Positions 21,100-31,522 of a stretch of 64,000 nt of DNA are shown here, in pieces. Position 1 is the stretch's first letter. Each line of letters opens with the position of its first letter. The stretch comes from Gemmatimonadota bacterium. Its GTDB lineage: Bacteria; Gemmatimonadota; Gemmatimonadetes; Palauibacterales; Palauibacteraceae. The notes beneath the pieces are model-generated. The model saw only the letters and a list, made by a program, of their open reading frames with translations, had not been told where the DNA came from and ran no database searches. The position numbers and the translations under genes are program-made. The stretch is from the NCBI GenBank assembly GCA_965116475.1, contig OZ220691.1:1856001-1920000 (forward strand), in the 5' to 3' direction.

Positions 21100-21159
21100 G
21101 CATCCAAACTTGCCAAGTTGGGTCGATATGCCAAGCGCCAGGACCGGGAGGTGTCGCCG

Positions 21160-22374
21160 ATGAAGCGCAGAATCGAGACCGCCGTTTTCACCCGCCGAGA
21201 CTTCGTTCGCGCCGCCAGCGTGGGACCCGCCGCGGCCTGGCTCGCTGCCTGCGACCGCGCGGGAGACGCCGGGTCATCGGCGGACGCGGGGGCGGCCATC
21301 GCCTCCGGGGGGGAGCAGGAACCGCCCGCGAGGTGGGTGAAGGATCCGTCACCCTTCATCCAGCGCGTCACGAACCTGGAGACGCGGCTCGAGCTCATCG
21401 ACGGCTTCATCACGCCGAACGAGCTGTTCTTCGTCCGCAACCACTCGCCCACGCCGACGATCGACCCGGAGACCTACTCGCTTCGGGTGGAGGGAGACGG
21501 CGCCGAGACCGAGTTGCGGCTCGACCTGTCCACCCTCGAGTCGCTGCCGCAGCGCACGATCACCGCCTACCTGGAGTGCGCCGGAAACTGGCGCGGCCTG
21601 TACCCGGAACTCACGGGCACCCGTGCGAGCGGCGGCCAGTGGACGACCGGCGCCGTGGGGTGCGCGGAGTGGTCCGGTCCGTCGCTTGCCACGGTGCTCG
21701 ACCTGGCCGGCGTGCGGCCGGAGACGGTCGACGTGAACCTCGTCGGGCTGGACGGGTCGGAGTTCGAGCGCGCCATGCCGCTCGCCAAGGCGCGGGATCC
21801 CGACACGATCATTGCGCTGCGCATGAACGGCGAGCCGCTCCCCGCCGACCACGGTTTCCCGGCGCGATCCGTCGTGCCCGGCTGGTCGGGGTCCAACAGC
21901 ATCAAGTGGCTGGGGTCCGTGCAGCTTTCCACCGAGCGGGTGTGGAACCGGAACAACACGTCGTCCTACGTGCTCATCGGCGACCAGTGGCCGGAGGCCG
22001 ACCACGCGCCCGCCCAGGGCCAGGTGATCACGGAACTCGTCGTGAAGAGCGCGCTGGCGCTTCCGAGGCCCGGGCGGCTGGAGCCCGGATCGCACGTGTT
22101 GCACGGGTTCGCGCACGCGCCGGCGGGGCCGGTGTCCGCCGTCGAATGGAGTCCGGACGGGGGGGCGACCTGGCTGGAAGCCGAGATCGTGGATCCGGTG
22201 CTGCCCCTCGCCTGGCAACGCTTCGAGTTTGAGTGGGACGCGACCCCGGGAGCGCACACGCTGGCCACGCGCGCCACGGATGCGGCGGGGAATACGCAGC
22301 CGGACGAGCCGCTGATGAACGAGAAGGGCTACCTGCTGAACGTCCCGCTCCCGCACCCGGTGCAGGTGGGCTGA
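21160..22374 (+). CDS. Tat-exported sulfite oxidase-family molybdoenzyme
   Basis: TRRDFV Tat motif, FFVRNH, LECAGN Mo-ligand Cys, HGFP.R..VPGW.G..SIKWL; GGAGG RBS. Confidence 0.88.
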   Translation: MKRRIETAVFTRRDFVRAASVGPAAAWLAACDRAGDAGSSADAGAAIASGGEQEPPARWVKDPSPFIQRVTNLETRLELIDGFITPNELFFVRNHSPTPTIDPETYSLRVEGDGAETELRLDLSTLESLPQRTITAYLECAGNWRGLYPELTGTRASGGQWTTGAVGCAEWSGPSLATVLDLAGVRPETVDVNLVGLDGSEFERAMPLAKARDPDTIIALRMNGEPLPADHGFPARSVVPGWSGSNSIKWLGSVQLSTERVWNRNNTSSYVLIGDQWPEADHAPAQGQVITELVVKSALALPRPGRLEPGSHVLHGFAHAPAGPVSAVEWSPDGGATWLEAEIVDPVLPLAWQRFEFEWDATPGAHTLATRATDAAGNTQPDEPLMNEKGYLLNVPLPHPVQVG

Positions 22375-22413
22375 ACCGGCCCCGGCCGAGTTCCCGACGC
22401 GCGCCGAATCGCC

Positions 22414-22794
22414 TTGCTGTACCGGGTGCTCGCGGACCTCGTCCTCGTCGTCCACTTCCTCTTCATCGCCTTCGTCGTCGCGGGCGGCTTCGCGGCGGTC
22501 CGCTGGCCGAAGCTCGCCTGGGCGCACGTGCCCTGTTTCGTGTGGGGCGCCTTGATTGAGTTCGCCGGCTGGATCTGCCCGCTCACGCCGCTGGAGAACG
22601 ACCTGCGGATCGCGAGCGGCCAGGCCGGCTACTCCGGGGGGTTCATCGAGCAATACCTGCTGCCGGTCATCTATCCCGGCGCGCTGACCCGGGAGATCCA
22701 GATCTGGCTCGGCCTGTCCGTGCTCGCGCTGAACGCGGTGGCGTACGCGTGGCTCCTGCGCCGACTGCGCCGGGGCGCCCGAAGCGGTCGCTGA
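22414..22794 (+). CDS. DUF2784 family membrane protein
   Basis: AD.V...H..F, CPLTPLE, GFIE.Y..P.IYP motifs. Confidence 0.8.
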   Translation: MLYRVLADLVLVVHFLFIAFVVAGGFAAVRWPKLAWAHVPCFVWGALIEFAGWICPLTPLENDLRIASGQAGYSGGFIEQYLLPVIYPGALTREIQIWLGLSVLALNAVAYAWLLRRLRRGARSGR

Positions 22795-22842
22795 GCCGCC
22801 GCCCGCGCTCGCGGCCGCCGCCCCGCTGGCGAGTCGGGGGTG

Positions 22843-24003
22843 TCAGTCGATCACGATGTCGCGGGTGAGCTGGCCGTTGCTCTCCCAGTACGTCCGCTTG
22901 TTTACGAGCATCGGGTCGTCCGCCGCCGGCTGGACGTTGCCGTCCGCATCGATCGCCCTCGAGACGATCGCATGCTGGCCCGGCGCGGCGTCCCAGTCTT
23001 TGCGCCAGAACGTCCACGTATGCGGGTCGCCCCGGCCTTCGCCCAGCGTCGCCGGCTCCCACGGCCCCTCGTCGACGCGGACCTCGACGGCGGCGATGTC
23101 CGCACCCCACGCGGCCCCGTGGATCGTGTACGCGTCGCCGTTCCGCGTGACCCTCGCGGGGACGGAGTTGATGTTCACGCGCCCCACCGAGGTCTCCGTC
23201 CATACCGTCTCGCCGTCGCGCTCTTCCGCCCGCAGCGTCACGTAGTCGCGAGCCATGAACTTGCCCATGAAGCGCCGGTCGCGGAGTTCGATCCGCGTCA
23301 GCCACTTCACGTTCGCGATCCCGTACCAGCCGGGGGCGATGACGCGCAGCGGGAAGCCGTGCGCGGTCGGCAGCGGCTCGCCGTTCACCTCGTAGGCGAG
23401 GATGATGCCGGGGTCCATCGCGTCCTCGAGCGACAGGCTGCGCGCGAAGTTCTGCGTCACGGTGTTGCCCCGGATCTCCTCCTCGCCCTCGTCCGCCCCG
23501 AAGAATACGACCTCGATCCCCGCCTCCTGGACGCCCGCCTCCGCGAGGACATCGGCGAGCCGGGCCCCCGCCCAGCGCGCGTTGTGCACGCCGCCGATGA
23601 ACGAGGGACGGCCGCGGTTCCCCGAGCACTCCAGCGTGAACACGACCTCCTGGCGGGGCCGCGCGCGGAGCTCGGCGAGGTTGAAAGTCCGCGGACGGTC
23701 GACGAGTCCCCCGATCTCGAGATTCCAGTCGCTCTCCGCGACGACCGGCAACCCGTAGTGCCCCACGCGGAACATCTGGCTGACCGGCGTGATCCAGGAA
23801 TCCAGCTCTTCCCAGTTCAGGATGTTCATCCGCTCCGTCAGCCCCGGGTGCGGACGCTGAACCCAGGGGATCACCGCCTCCTGATCGAATCCGGCCAGCC
23901 AGCCGCGGAAGATGTCCGTTGGCAGGACAGCGAGGCCCGCGGCCGCCGCGCCGCCCCGGATCAGCACCTGTCGTCGTGGAATCGGGTTTCGCTCGCTCAT
24001 CAT
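22843..24003 (-). CDS. Second Tat-exported sulfite oxidase-family molybdoenzyme
   Basis: PRRQVL twin-Arg, LECSGN, HGFPLRVIAPGWYG..NVKWL, C-terminal dimerisation domain (SRAID..GNVQP). Confidence 0.88.
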   Translation of the reverse strand: MMSERNPIPRRQVLIRGGAAAAGLAVLPTDIFRGWLAGFDQEAVIPWVQRPHPGLTERMNILNWEELDSWITPVSQMFRVGHYGLPVVAESDWNLEIGGLVDRPRTFNLAELRARPRQEVVFTLECSGNRGRPSFIGGVHNARWAGARLADVLAEAGVQEAGIEVVFFGADEGEEEIRGNTVTQNFARSLSLEDAMDPGIILAYEVNGEPLPTAHGFPLRVIAPGWYGIANVKWLTRIELRDRRFMGKFMARDYVTLRAEERDGETVWTETSVGRVNINSVPARVTRNGDAYTIHGAAWGADIAAVEVRVDEGPWEPATLGEGRGDPHTWTFWRKDWDAAPGQHAIVSRAIDADGNVQPAADDPMLVNKRTYWESNGQLTRDIVID

Positions 24004-24154
24004 GTCAGACCTCGCTTCGGCTGGACCGCGTGCCTCGTCGTCTCCCGTCCCGTCCTTTGCCCCCCCGTCCTCTGCCCCGTCCCCGCGCAAGCTCGGATGC
24101 GACAAGGCGTCGGAGCAAGACGTCCGCCGCCAAGGACGCCGCGAAGGGCGCCGC

Positions 24155-25597
24155 TCAGCGGCCGGGTCGCCAGGCGGATTCTTCGGATGCGTCCGCCGGG
24201 CCGATCCTGCCTTCGGCCATCGCGAGCAGTTCGTCGGGCGAATGGAGGCGTCCCCGCGCGAAGACGAACCAGACGTCGCGGGCGACCCGGACATCCTCGA
24301 GCGGATTCCCGCGCACGATCACGAGATCGGCGAGCTTCCCTTCCTCGATGCTGCCGAGTTCGTCGTCCACACCCATGGCCCGCGCCCCGTTGATGGTCGC
24401 GATGCGGAACACGTCGGCGGGCGGGACCCCGGCGCGCGCGAACGCGAGGAGCTCGCGGTGGACGCTGAACGGCGACCAGTAGTCTCCCCAGCTCGGGTGA
24501 TCCGTGCCGAGCGTGATCAGGTCGCGCCCGCCGCCGTCATGGAACGCCTTCAGCGTCCGCCGCTTGATCGGCGACATCTTCGCGAACGACTCGTTCACGG
24601 GGCGGGGCGGCCGCGCGTCGACGATCTCCCGCATGTACGGTGTGAGGAAGCGGTGTTCGTCCGTCCAGTACTCCGTCATCTCCGGGTCGTGCGGCCCCCA
24701 GTACCCGTAGATGGAGAGCGTGGCGTCGAAGTACACCCCGCGGTCGACGTAGAGATCGATGATGTCGCGGAGCGCGTCTCCCTCGAAGTCGTCGAACTCC
24801 TGCAGCGAAGCGTAGGCGCTGCGGTCGGCCGGCATCATGTCGCCGCCCAGAAAGTGCTCCACGCGGTCGATGCCCATGAGGATCGCGTCGCGCGGATTCA
24901 CCGTGTTCCCGAACCCGGAATCGAGATGGGCGGTCACCGTGAGTCCGTGCTCGTGCGCCTGCTCGATGAGCACGGAGAGGTGGTCGGGCCGGATCCCCTT
25001 GGCCTTGAAGCCGGCCGCGCCGAGCGACGCCCAGTGGTCCACTTCCCGCCGGATCGAGTCGGGCGTCATGGCGTCATCGTCCCAGCCCCTCCGCCACGAT
25101 CCGAAGTAGGGGCCGGAGTTGAGGATCCTGGGGCCCGTGCGCTCGCCGCGCTCGATGGCGAGCCGCAACTCGCGCATGCGGACCGGATTCAGCTCGCCGG
25201 CGGGGAACGTCGTCGTCACGCCGTTGGCGAGGAAGAGTTCGGGATAGGCGGCCGTCTCATCGACGCGGCCATCGCCGAACAGATCCACCGCGTAGTGGGC
25301 GTGGAGATCGAAGAACCCCGGAAGGATCGTCGCCTCCCGGTCGAGGTTGATCGTAATCGTGACGCCGGCGGTATCCGGCGATTCGCCGATGGAGACGATC
25401 CTCCCGTCGCGGATGGTGATTCCGGCGTTCTCGACGAGCGTCCCGGCACGCACGTCGAGCCAGCGTCCGCCCGTGATCACGTAGGTCGCGTTCTCATCCA
25501 CGAGATCGACGACATCCATCACGAACCCCTCGCACCCCGCCAAGGTCACGGCCGGACCGCCCAGCGCGAGGGTGAGAAGGATCCACCTGCGCCGCAT
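24155..25597 (-). CDS. Amidohydrolase family lipoprotein
   Basis: LAGC lipobox, PGFFDLHAH, TAH, VEH, GTD, GSIEEGKLADL; GGAGG RBS before ATG 25597. Confidence 0.85.
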   Translation of the reverse strand: MRRRWILLTLALGGPAVTLAGCEGFVMDVVDLVDENATYVITGGRWLDVRAGTLVENAGITIRDGRIVSIGESPDTAGVTITINLDREATILPGFFDLHAHYAVDLFGDGRVDETAAYPELFLANGVTTTFPAGELNPVRMRELRLAIERGERTGPRILNSGPYFGSWRRGWDDDAMTPDSIRREVDHWASLGAAGFKAKGIRPDHLSVLIEQAHEHGLTVTAHLDSGFGNTVNPRDAILMGIDRVEHFLGGDMMPADRSAYASLQEFDDFEGDALRDIIDLYVDRGVYFDATLSIYGYWGPHDPEMTEYWTDEHRFLTPYMREIVDARPPRPVNESFAKMSPIKRRTLKAFHDGGGRDLITLGTDHPSWGDYWSPFSVHRELLAFARAGVPPADVFRIATINGARAMGVDDELGSIEEGKLADLVIVRGNPLEDVRVARDVWFVFARGRLHSPDELLAMAEGRIGPADASEESAWRPGR

Positions 25598-25839
25598 CTT
25601 TCTCCTCCGAACCATCGCCGGCACCTCCCGTTCCGTGCAGATCGCCTCCGCGTCGCCCGAAACGCGGACGACCGGGACGTTCAACATAGATGCAAGCACG
25701 TTCATCCACGACGGACTCGATCCTGTTACTGTGAGCCGTCATCACGCGGCTGCCATCCGAACCGGATCGGAGTTCGACACTGCACGAACCGAGCGCGGCG
25801 CTCGCCAATCCCCCGTCCGGCCTCACGGGACGCACGTCG

Positions 25840-27006
25840 ATGCGCCCCGCGGCGGTCGTGGCGCTCATCGTCATCTCGCACACGACGATCGATGCGTACA
25901 CCGCGTTCCTGCCGCCGCTGCTGCCGCGGATCATGGACAACCTCGGCCTCTCGATCACGCTGGCCGCGACGCTGTCGACCGTGCTCTCCATCTCGACCGC
26001 GCTTCCGCAGCCGGCCTTCGGCTACCTCGCCGACCGGTTCGGGAGGCGCGCCTTCCTCGCCGCGGGGCCGATCGTGGGGGGCGTGTTCATCTCGCTGCTG
26101 GGGATGGCGCCCAGCTACTTCGTCCTCCTCCTCCTCCTCACGGTGGGGGGACTGGGGTCGGCCGCCTTTCACCCGCCGGGGGCGTCGCTCGTCGCGCGCG
26201 CCGGGGACGGTCGCGGAAGCGGGGTGCGCATGTCGGTCTTCTCCTTCGGGGGGGCGGCGGGCTTCGCCCTGGGGCCGATCAGCGCCGTCGCCATCGTGGG
26301 CTGGCTGGGCCTGGCCGGCCTGTGGGTCGCGATGATCCCGGGGGTCCTCCTGGGGACCGCCCTCTGGTTCGGCGCGAAGGGTCGGACCCGGGTGGGGACG
26401 GGGACCCCGCCGCCCCCGCCGCTGGAGGTGCTCCGCAAACTCAGGGGGCCGCTCGGTCTCGTGTTCGGGATCTCCGTCGTCGGATCCTTCGCGCAGAAGG
26501 CGGTCCTCACCTTCATCCCGATCATCGCCCACCGCGCGGGCGAGAGCGAGACGGCGGGGGCCGTGGTGCTGAGCATCTATCTCGGCGCCCAGGGGCTGGG
26601 GACGCTCGCCTCCGGCTTCCTCACCGACCGGCTCAACCGGCAGCACCTGCTGGCCGTGATCAGCGTGCTCGCCGTGCCCACGCACATCCTCGCGTTCACG
26701 CTGGCGCCGGCCAGTCCAGCCGCGATCGTGATGGCCGTGTGCGCGGGCTTCCTGAACATGGCGCTGTTGCCTCCGATCGTCGTCGTGGCGCAGGAGATCC
26801 TGCCCTCGGGGACGGCCGTGAGTTCGGGCATCGTGATGGGGCTCGCGTGGGCGGTGGGGACGCTGGCGATTCCCGTCGTGGGCGGCTTCGCGGACGCCTT
26901 CGGGCCCGTCCCCGCGACCGCGTGGTCGATGCCGCTCCTGCTGCTCGGCGCGCTCTTCGCGATGCAGCCCTCGCTTCGCCCCTACCGCAGAGCCATAGCC
27001 CAATGA
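25840..27006 (+). CDS. MFS transporter (Fsr-like)
   Basis: About 12 TM; QP.FGYLADRFGRR motif A; AAFHPPG. Confidence 0.85.
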   Translation: MRPAAVVALIVISHTTIDAYTAFLPPLLPRIMDNLGLSITLAATLSTVLSISTALPQPAFGYLADRFGRRAFLAAGPIVGGVFISLLGMAPSYFVLLLLLTVGGLGSAAFHPPGASLVARAGDGRGSGVRMSVFSFGGAAGFALGPISAVAIVGWLGLAGLWVAMIPGVLLGTALWFGAKGRTRVGTGTPPPPPLEVLRKLRGPLGLVFGISVVGSFAQKAVLTFIPIIAHRAGESETAGAVVLSIYLGAQGLGTLASGFLTDRLNRQHLLAVISVLAVPTHILAFTLAPASPAAIVMAVCAGFLNMALLPPIVVVAQEILPSGTAVSSGIVMGLAWAVGTLAIPVVGGFADAFGPVPATAWSMPLLLLGALFAMQPSLRPYRRAIAQ

Positions 27007-28817
27007 TGAACCGATCGCATCCATTCGTCTCGTCCCCACCGACCTCGGCTCGTGCCGTCCGGGCGGGCGCCCTCCAGGCCGGCGTCGTGTTGGCGGGCGC
27101 CGTGCTGGCCGCCTGCTCCGGCCCGCCGCCGGCCGATCCGGCGGACCTGATCTTCGTGGACGGACGCGTGATCACGCTCGACGCCGAGAGCCGCGTCGCC
27201 GAAGCCGTGGCGGTGCGCGGCGAACGCGTCGTGGCAGTCGGTTCGACGGCGGAGGCCGAAGCGCTCGCGGGCCCGAACACCCGCCGCATCGACCTTGCGG
27301 GGCGCGCGGTGACCCCCGGCCTCATGGACGCCCACGTCCACTTCGCGAGCGGGGGCGCGAACCGCCTGTACCGGCTCGACCTCAGCTATCCGAACGTGGA
27401 GAACATCGCGGACGTGCAGGGCATGGTCGCGGAGCAGGCCGGACGGCTGGCCGAGGGCGAGTGGGTGCGCGGCGGCGGCTGGGACGAGGGGAAGCTCGAG
27501 GAGTTGCGCTACATCCATGCGTCGGATCTCGACGCCGTCGCCGCGGGGCAGCCCGTGTGGCTGGCGCACACGATGGGCCACTACGGCGTGGCCAACTCGC
27601 TCGCCCTCGACATGGCCGGCATCACGGCGGACACCCCCGATCCGCCCGGGGGCACGATCGACCGCGATGCCGCCGGGCAGCCGACCGGCGTGCTCAAGGA
27701 GTCCGCGATGGGGCTCGTGACCCGCCTCATCCCGCCGCTCGGGCCCGGCGAGCAGCGCGAGGGGATCCGCGCGCTCGCCGACGCCTTCAACGCCGAGTGC
27801 ATGACGGGCGGCAAGGATCCCGGGATCGGCCGTCGCGCGTGGGAGGCCTACCTCGACGTGCTGGCCGACGGCGACCTCACGGTCCGGATCTTCGTCCTGT
27901 GGGGCGACCGCGGCGTGTCGCTGGACGAGGTCCGCGCCTACGCCGACAGCCTTGCGACCTTCACGCGACCGTACGAGTCGACGGGGGACGATCGGCTCAT
28001 CCCCGGCGGCGTCAAGCTGTACATCGACGGCAGCGGCGGCGCCCGCACGGCGTGGCTGTACGAGGACTGGAACCGCGAGCGCACGGAGACCGACGCGGGC
28101 AACCGCGGCTATCCGACGATGGACCCCGACGAACTGCGGCGGCGCTTCCGGGCCTACCACGACGCCGGGCTCCACGTCTCGATCCACTCCATCGGCGACC
28201 GCGCGATCGACTGGACCGTCGACAGCTTCCTCGAGGCGCTCGAGGCCACCCCGACCCGCGGACTCCGGCACGGGATCATCCACTCGAACATCCCCACGGA
28301 CCGGGCCCTCGACGCGATGGCCGAACTCCAGCGGGAATGGCAGGCGGGCTACCCGGAGCCGTCCCCCACTTTCACGTGGTGGATCGGCGACACCTACGCC
28401 GGGAACTTCGGGCCCCAGCGCACCCTGCGGCTGAACCCGTTCCGCTCCTACCGCGACCGGGGCATGATCTGGGCGAGCGGTTCCGACTTCTTCGTCACCC
28501 CCTACCCGGCGCGCTACGGCGTATGGGCCTCCGTCGCCCGGCAGCCGCTGCTCGGCGTCTACGGGAGCGACCCCTACGGCACCGCCGAATCCGTCGATGT
28601 CGAGACGGCGCTGCGCTCGTTCACGACCTGGGCCGCGCACCAGATGTTCCTGGAGGAGAAGGTCGGGACGATCGAACCCGGCAAGTACGCGGACCTCGCG
28701 GTCTGGGACCGCGACCCCCTCACCGTCCCGACGATCGAACTGCGCGACATGTCGTGCGAGATGACCGTCTTCAACGGCGACATCGTCTTCGAGCGGGCGG
28801 GCGCTGCCGCACCGTGA
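27003..28817 (+). CDS. Amidohydrolase_3 (YtcJ-like) lipoprotein
   Basis: LAAC lipobox, PGLMDAHVH, VKLYIDGS, HSIGDRA, GSD, GKYADL; overlaps the MFS stop. Confidence 0.87.
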   Translation: MMNRSHPFVSSPPTSARAVRAGALQAGVVLAGAVLAACSGPPPADPADLIFVDGRVITLDAESRVAEAVAVRGERVVAVGSTAEAEALAGPNTRRIDLAGRAVTPGLMDAHVHFASGGANRLYRLDLSYPNVENIADVQGMVAEQAGRLAEGEWVRGGGWDEGKLEELRYIHASDLDAVAAGQPVWLAHTMGHYGVANSLALDMAGITADTPDPPGGTIDRDAAGQPTGVLKESAMGLVTRLIPPLGPGEQREGIRALADAFNAECMTGGKDPGIGRRAWEAYLDVLADGDLTVRIFVLWGDRGVSLDEVRAYADSLATFTRPYESTGDDRLIPGGVKLYIDGSGGARTAWLYEDWNRERTETDAGNRGYPTMDPDELRRRFRAYHDAGLHVSIHSIGDRAIDWTVDSFLEALEATPTRGLRHGIIHSNIPTDRALDAMAELQREWQAGYPEPSPTFTWWIGDTYAGNFGPQRTLRLNPFRSYRDRGMIWASGSDFFVTPYPARYGVWASVARQPLLGVYGSDPYGTAESVDVETALRSFTTWAAHQMFLEEKVGTIEPGKYADLAVWDRDPLTVPTIELRDMSCEMTVFNGDIVFERAGAAAP

Positions 28818-28864
28818 CGTCCCCCGGTCGACGCGGCACGACCCCGCCCCGGAAAGGATAGCGA

Positions 28865-29398
28865 ATGCAAGCTCGACCCCTCGCGACGGAACGTCCCATC
28901 CCGGAGGGTTGGCAGGCGGATCTCAATGCGACCCTTCTCTTCATCGTGCGGGGAGGGGAGATCCTCCTCATCCACAAGAAGCGCGGCCTCGGCGCGGGCA
29001 AGCTGAACGGGGCCGGGGGCAAGGTCGACCCCGGCGAGAGCACGCTGGAGGCCGCGATGCGGGAGTTTCAGGAGGAACTGCGCGCGCGGCCCGTGGCGCC
29101 CCGGAAGGTCGGCGAGGTGGCATTCGAGGTGCTGAGCGGCATGTCGATCCTGATCCACGTGTTCCGGGCGGACGCGCTGGAAGGAGACCCGGTCGAGACG
29201 AGCGAGGCGATCCCCATGTGGACGCCCGTCGACGACGTCCCGTACGACCGGATGTGGGAAGACGACCGCCACTGGCTGCCGCACGTCATCGAGGATCGCC
29301 CATTCGAGGCCTACGCCCGCTTCCAGGGCGACGACATGGTGGACTGCCGCGTCGTCCTCTTCCCCGACGACAAACGCCTGCCCTGGGAGTCGCGCTGA
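28865..29398 (+). CDS. Nudix hydrolase, MTH1-like 8-oxo-dGTPase
   Basis: KKRGLGAG, Nudix box GGKVDPGE....AAMREFQEE, MWEDD..WLP. Confidence 0.85.
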   Translation: MQARPLATERPIPEGWQADLNATLLFIVRGGEILLIHKKRGLGAGKLNGAGGKVDPGESTLEAAMREFQEELRARPVAPRKVGEVAFEVLSGMSILIHVFRADALEGDPVETSEAIPMWTPVDDVPYDRMWEDDRHWLPHVIEDRPFEAYARFQGDDMVDCRVVLFPDDKRLPWESR

Positions 29399-29444
29399 AG
29401 CCCCCGCTGTGACCCGGCGCCGGAGTTCCGAGTCTTCAGAGGAG

Positions 29445-31367
29445 ATGAATCCGACCCCGGCTCCGACGACCGTTTCACGTCGCCCCGCCGTTGGCGCGCT
29501 CGCCGCGCTCGCGCTGGCGGGATTGGTTCTCCCTCGGAGCGCCGTGTCGCAGCAGCCGGTAGAGATCGCGGGACGCCTCCTCGACGCCGGCACCGGAGCC
29601 CCCATCTCGACGGCGCTCGTCTCCATCCCCGCGCTGGACATCTCGACGCTCACCAACACGGACGGAGCGTTCCATCTGGTCGTCCCCGCCGGCTCCCACA
29701 CGTTCGAGATCCGGCACATCGGCTACGGTACGCGGACGACCGAGGTCGAGGCGCCCGACGGCACGCTGTCGCTGGAGATCCGCATCGAACCGGCCGCGAT
29801 CGAAGTCGCCCCGCTCGAGGTCAGCATCGAGTGGAGACCGTCGTACCTGGAGCAGGTCGGCTTTTACGAGCGCCGGGCGCTCGGCAGGGGCCGATTCTAC
29901 GATCCCGAGGACATCCGCCGCGGGGGCGACCCCCTGATCGTCGGCTGGCGAAACATGAGCGAGCGCATTCTCAACACGAACCGGGCCCAGCTGCAGCAGG
30001 AGTTGTTCAGAACCTCCGGCGGCGGGTTGTGCGAGGGCCCACAGGTCCTCATCGACGGCCGCCGGGACCGCGTCGGCCTCATGACCGGGCTCGCCTACCA
30101 CCGCTTGGGAGGTGTCGAGGTCCACGACGAGCCGCACAAGGTGCCCGGCCTCGAGCCTCTGATACGCGCGGCGGGCGAGGATCCGTTCTGCCCCACGGTC
30201 ATCGTCTGGACACGGCAGTGGCTGACCGCGGCCGAGCTTGAAGAGCGGCGGATCGTTCTCTGCGAGCCCGGCCCCACAACGGAACGGGCTCCACTCGTGG
30301 TCGAGGGGACGGTCACCGATGCGCTGACCGGCATTCTCCTGCCCCGCGCGACCGTGACGGCGTGGATCACGGATCCTGGCGGCCGGCGGCGCGAGAAGGA
30401 GACAACCGCCGACGACAACGGCCGCTTCCGGTTCTGCGACCTCGATCCGCAGATGGACGTGAGCATCTGGGCCAGGTTCGCCGGCCTCAGCGGTGAACTG
30501 GCGCCGGTGGCGGCCGCGACAGCCCCCGTGACGGTCGATACGGCCGCTGTGACGCGGGATCTGGTGGTCCCCATCGCTCGTCACGGCCACGTCGCCGGCC
30601 GCGTCTTCGATCTCCGGCGAGGCGAACCCGTGCCGGGGGCCGAGATCCGGCTGGCGGCGGCCGAGCCCGCACCTGCCCCCGGCGACCCTGCCCCGTCCGC
30701 GGACCCAGGCCCGTCCGCGGACCCCGAGTATCTGACGACAAGCAACGAGCACGGCTTCTTCGCGGTCCCGGACCTGATCCCCGGGGACTACCGGCTCGCC
30801 GTATCCCACCCCGACGCCGGTGTCGCCGCGGACACCATCCCGGTCCCCTCCGGTTCGACAATGGATGTCCGCGTCGAACTCGACCCCACGCCGCCTCGCG
30901 CGCCCGACGACGCCACGCCCGACGACGCCGCGTCGGCGGCGGGTCGGCGGATCGTGGCCGAACGTCGGCATCCGCGTCTCACGCAGGTCGGTTTCTACGA
31001 ACGCAGGCAGGAGAGCGCGACGCGCGGCCGCGGACACTTCTTCACACGGGATCGGATTCGGGCCCTCGCGCCCGCCCGCCTCACCGACCTCCTCACCGAG
31101 GTGGACGGCCTGCGCGAAATCTGCCCGCGACAGACCTGCCGCCCCGTCTCGCGAAGGGCGCGGAGATGCTCCCACATGTCCGTGTACCTGAACGGAGCCC
31201 TGGTCATGGATGGCCGCGCCTGGAACTTCGAGCGGGGGGGCGTGGACGACCTGGCGGCTCCGCACGAGGTCGCTGGAATCGAAGTCTACCTAAGGTCCGT
31301 CACCCTGCCCGGCGAGTTCACCGCTCCAGCCGATCGGTGCGGCGCAATCGTCATCTGGAGCGGGTAG
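29445..31367 (+). CDS. Secreted protein with carboxypeptidase-regulatory-like and TonB-plug-like repeats, no beta-barrel
   Basis: Signal peptide; three prealbumin-like domains; two 'L.QVGFYERR ... G[VI]EV ... C..[VI]..W' units. Confidence 0.7.
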   Translation: MNPTPAPTTVSRRPAVGALAALALAGLVLPRSAVSQQPVEIAGRLLDAGTGAPISTALVSIPALDISTLTNTDGAFHLVVPAGSHTFEIRHIGYGTRTTEVEAPDGTLSLEIRIEPAAIEVAPLEVSIEWRPSYLEQVGFYERRALGRGRFYDPEDIRRGGDPLIVGWRNMSERILNTNRAQLQQELFRTSGGGLCEGPQVLIDGRRDRVGLMTGLAYHRLGGVEVHDEPHKVPGLEPLIRAAGEDPFCPTVIVWTRQWLTAAELEERRIVLCEPGPTTERAPLVVEGTVTDALTGILLPRATVTAWITDPGGRRREKETTADDNGRFRFCDLDPQMDVSIWARFAGLSGELAPVAAATAPVTVDTAAVTRDLVVPIARHGHVAGRVFDLRRGEPVPGAEIRLAAAEPAPAPGDPAPSADPGPSADPEYLTTSNEHGFFAVPDLIPGDYRLAVSHPDAGVAADTIPVPSGSTMDVRVELDPTPPRAPDDATPDDAASAAGRRIVAERRHPRLTQVGFYERRQESATRGRGHFFTRDRIRALAPARLTDLLTEVDGLREICPRQTCRPVSRRARRCSHMSVYLNGALVMDGRAWNFERGGVDDLAAPHEVAGIEVYLRSVTLPGEFTAPADRCGAIVIWSG

Positions 31368-31522
31368 CCGCGCGCCTGATCCGGGACGGCTGTCCGAGAC
31401 CGGGCGGGGTGGCGTTCGACGTGGCGTCCGGCGTATCGATGCGAGGCGACTCGAACGGCGGGCGTGGGACGAAGTGACCGCCGTGCCCCTCGGGTCCTGA
31501 TTTCCGACGAGAGGAGATACAG

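Noticed and set aside
24040..24090. CCGTCC..TGCCCC imperfect repeats
   Set aside because: Short low-complexity GC tract with no clear structure.
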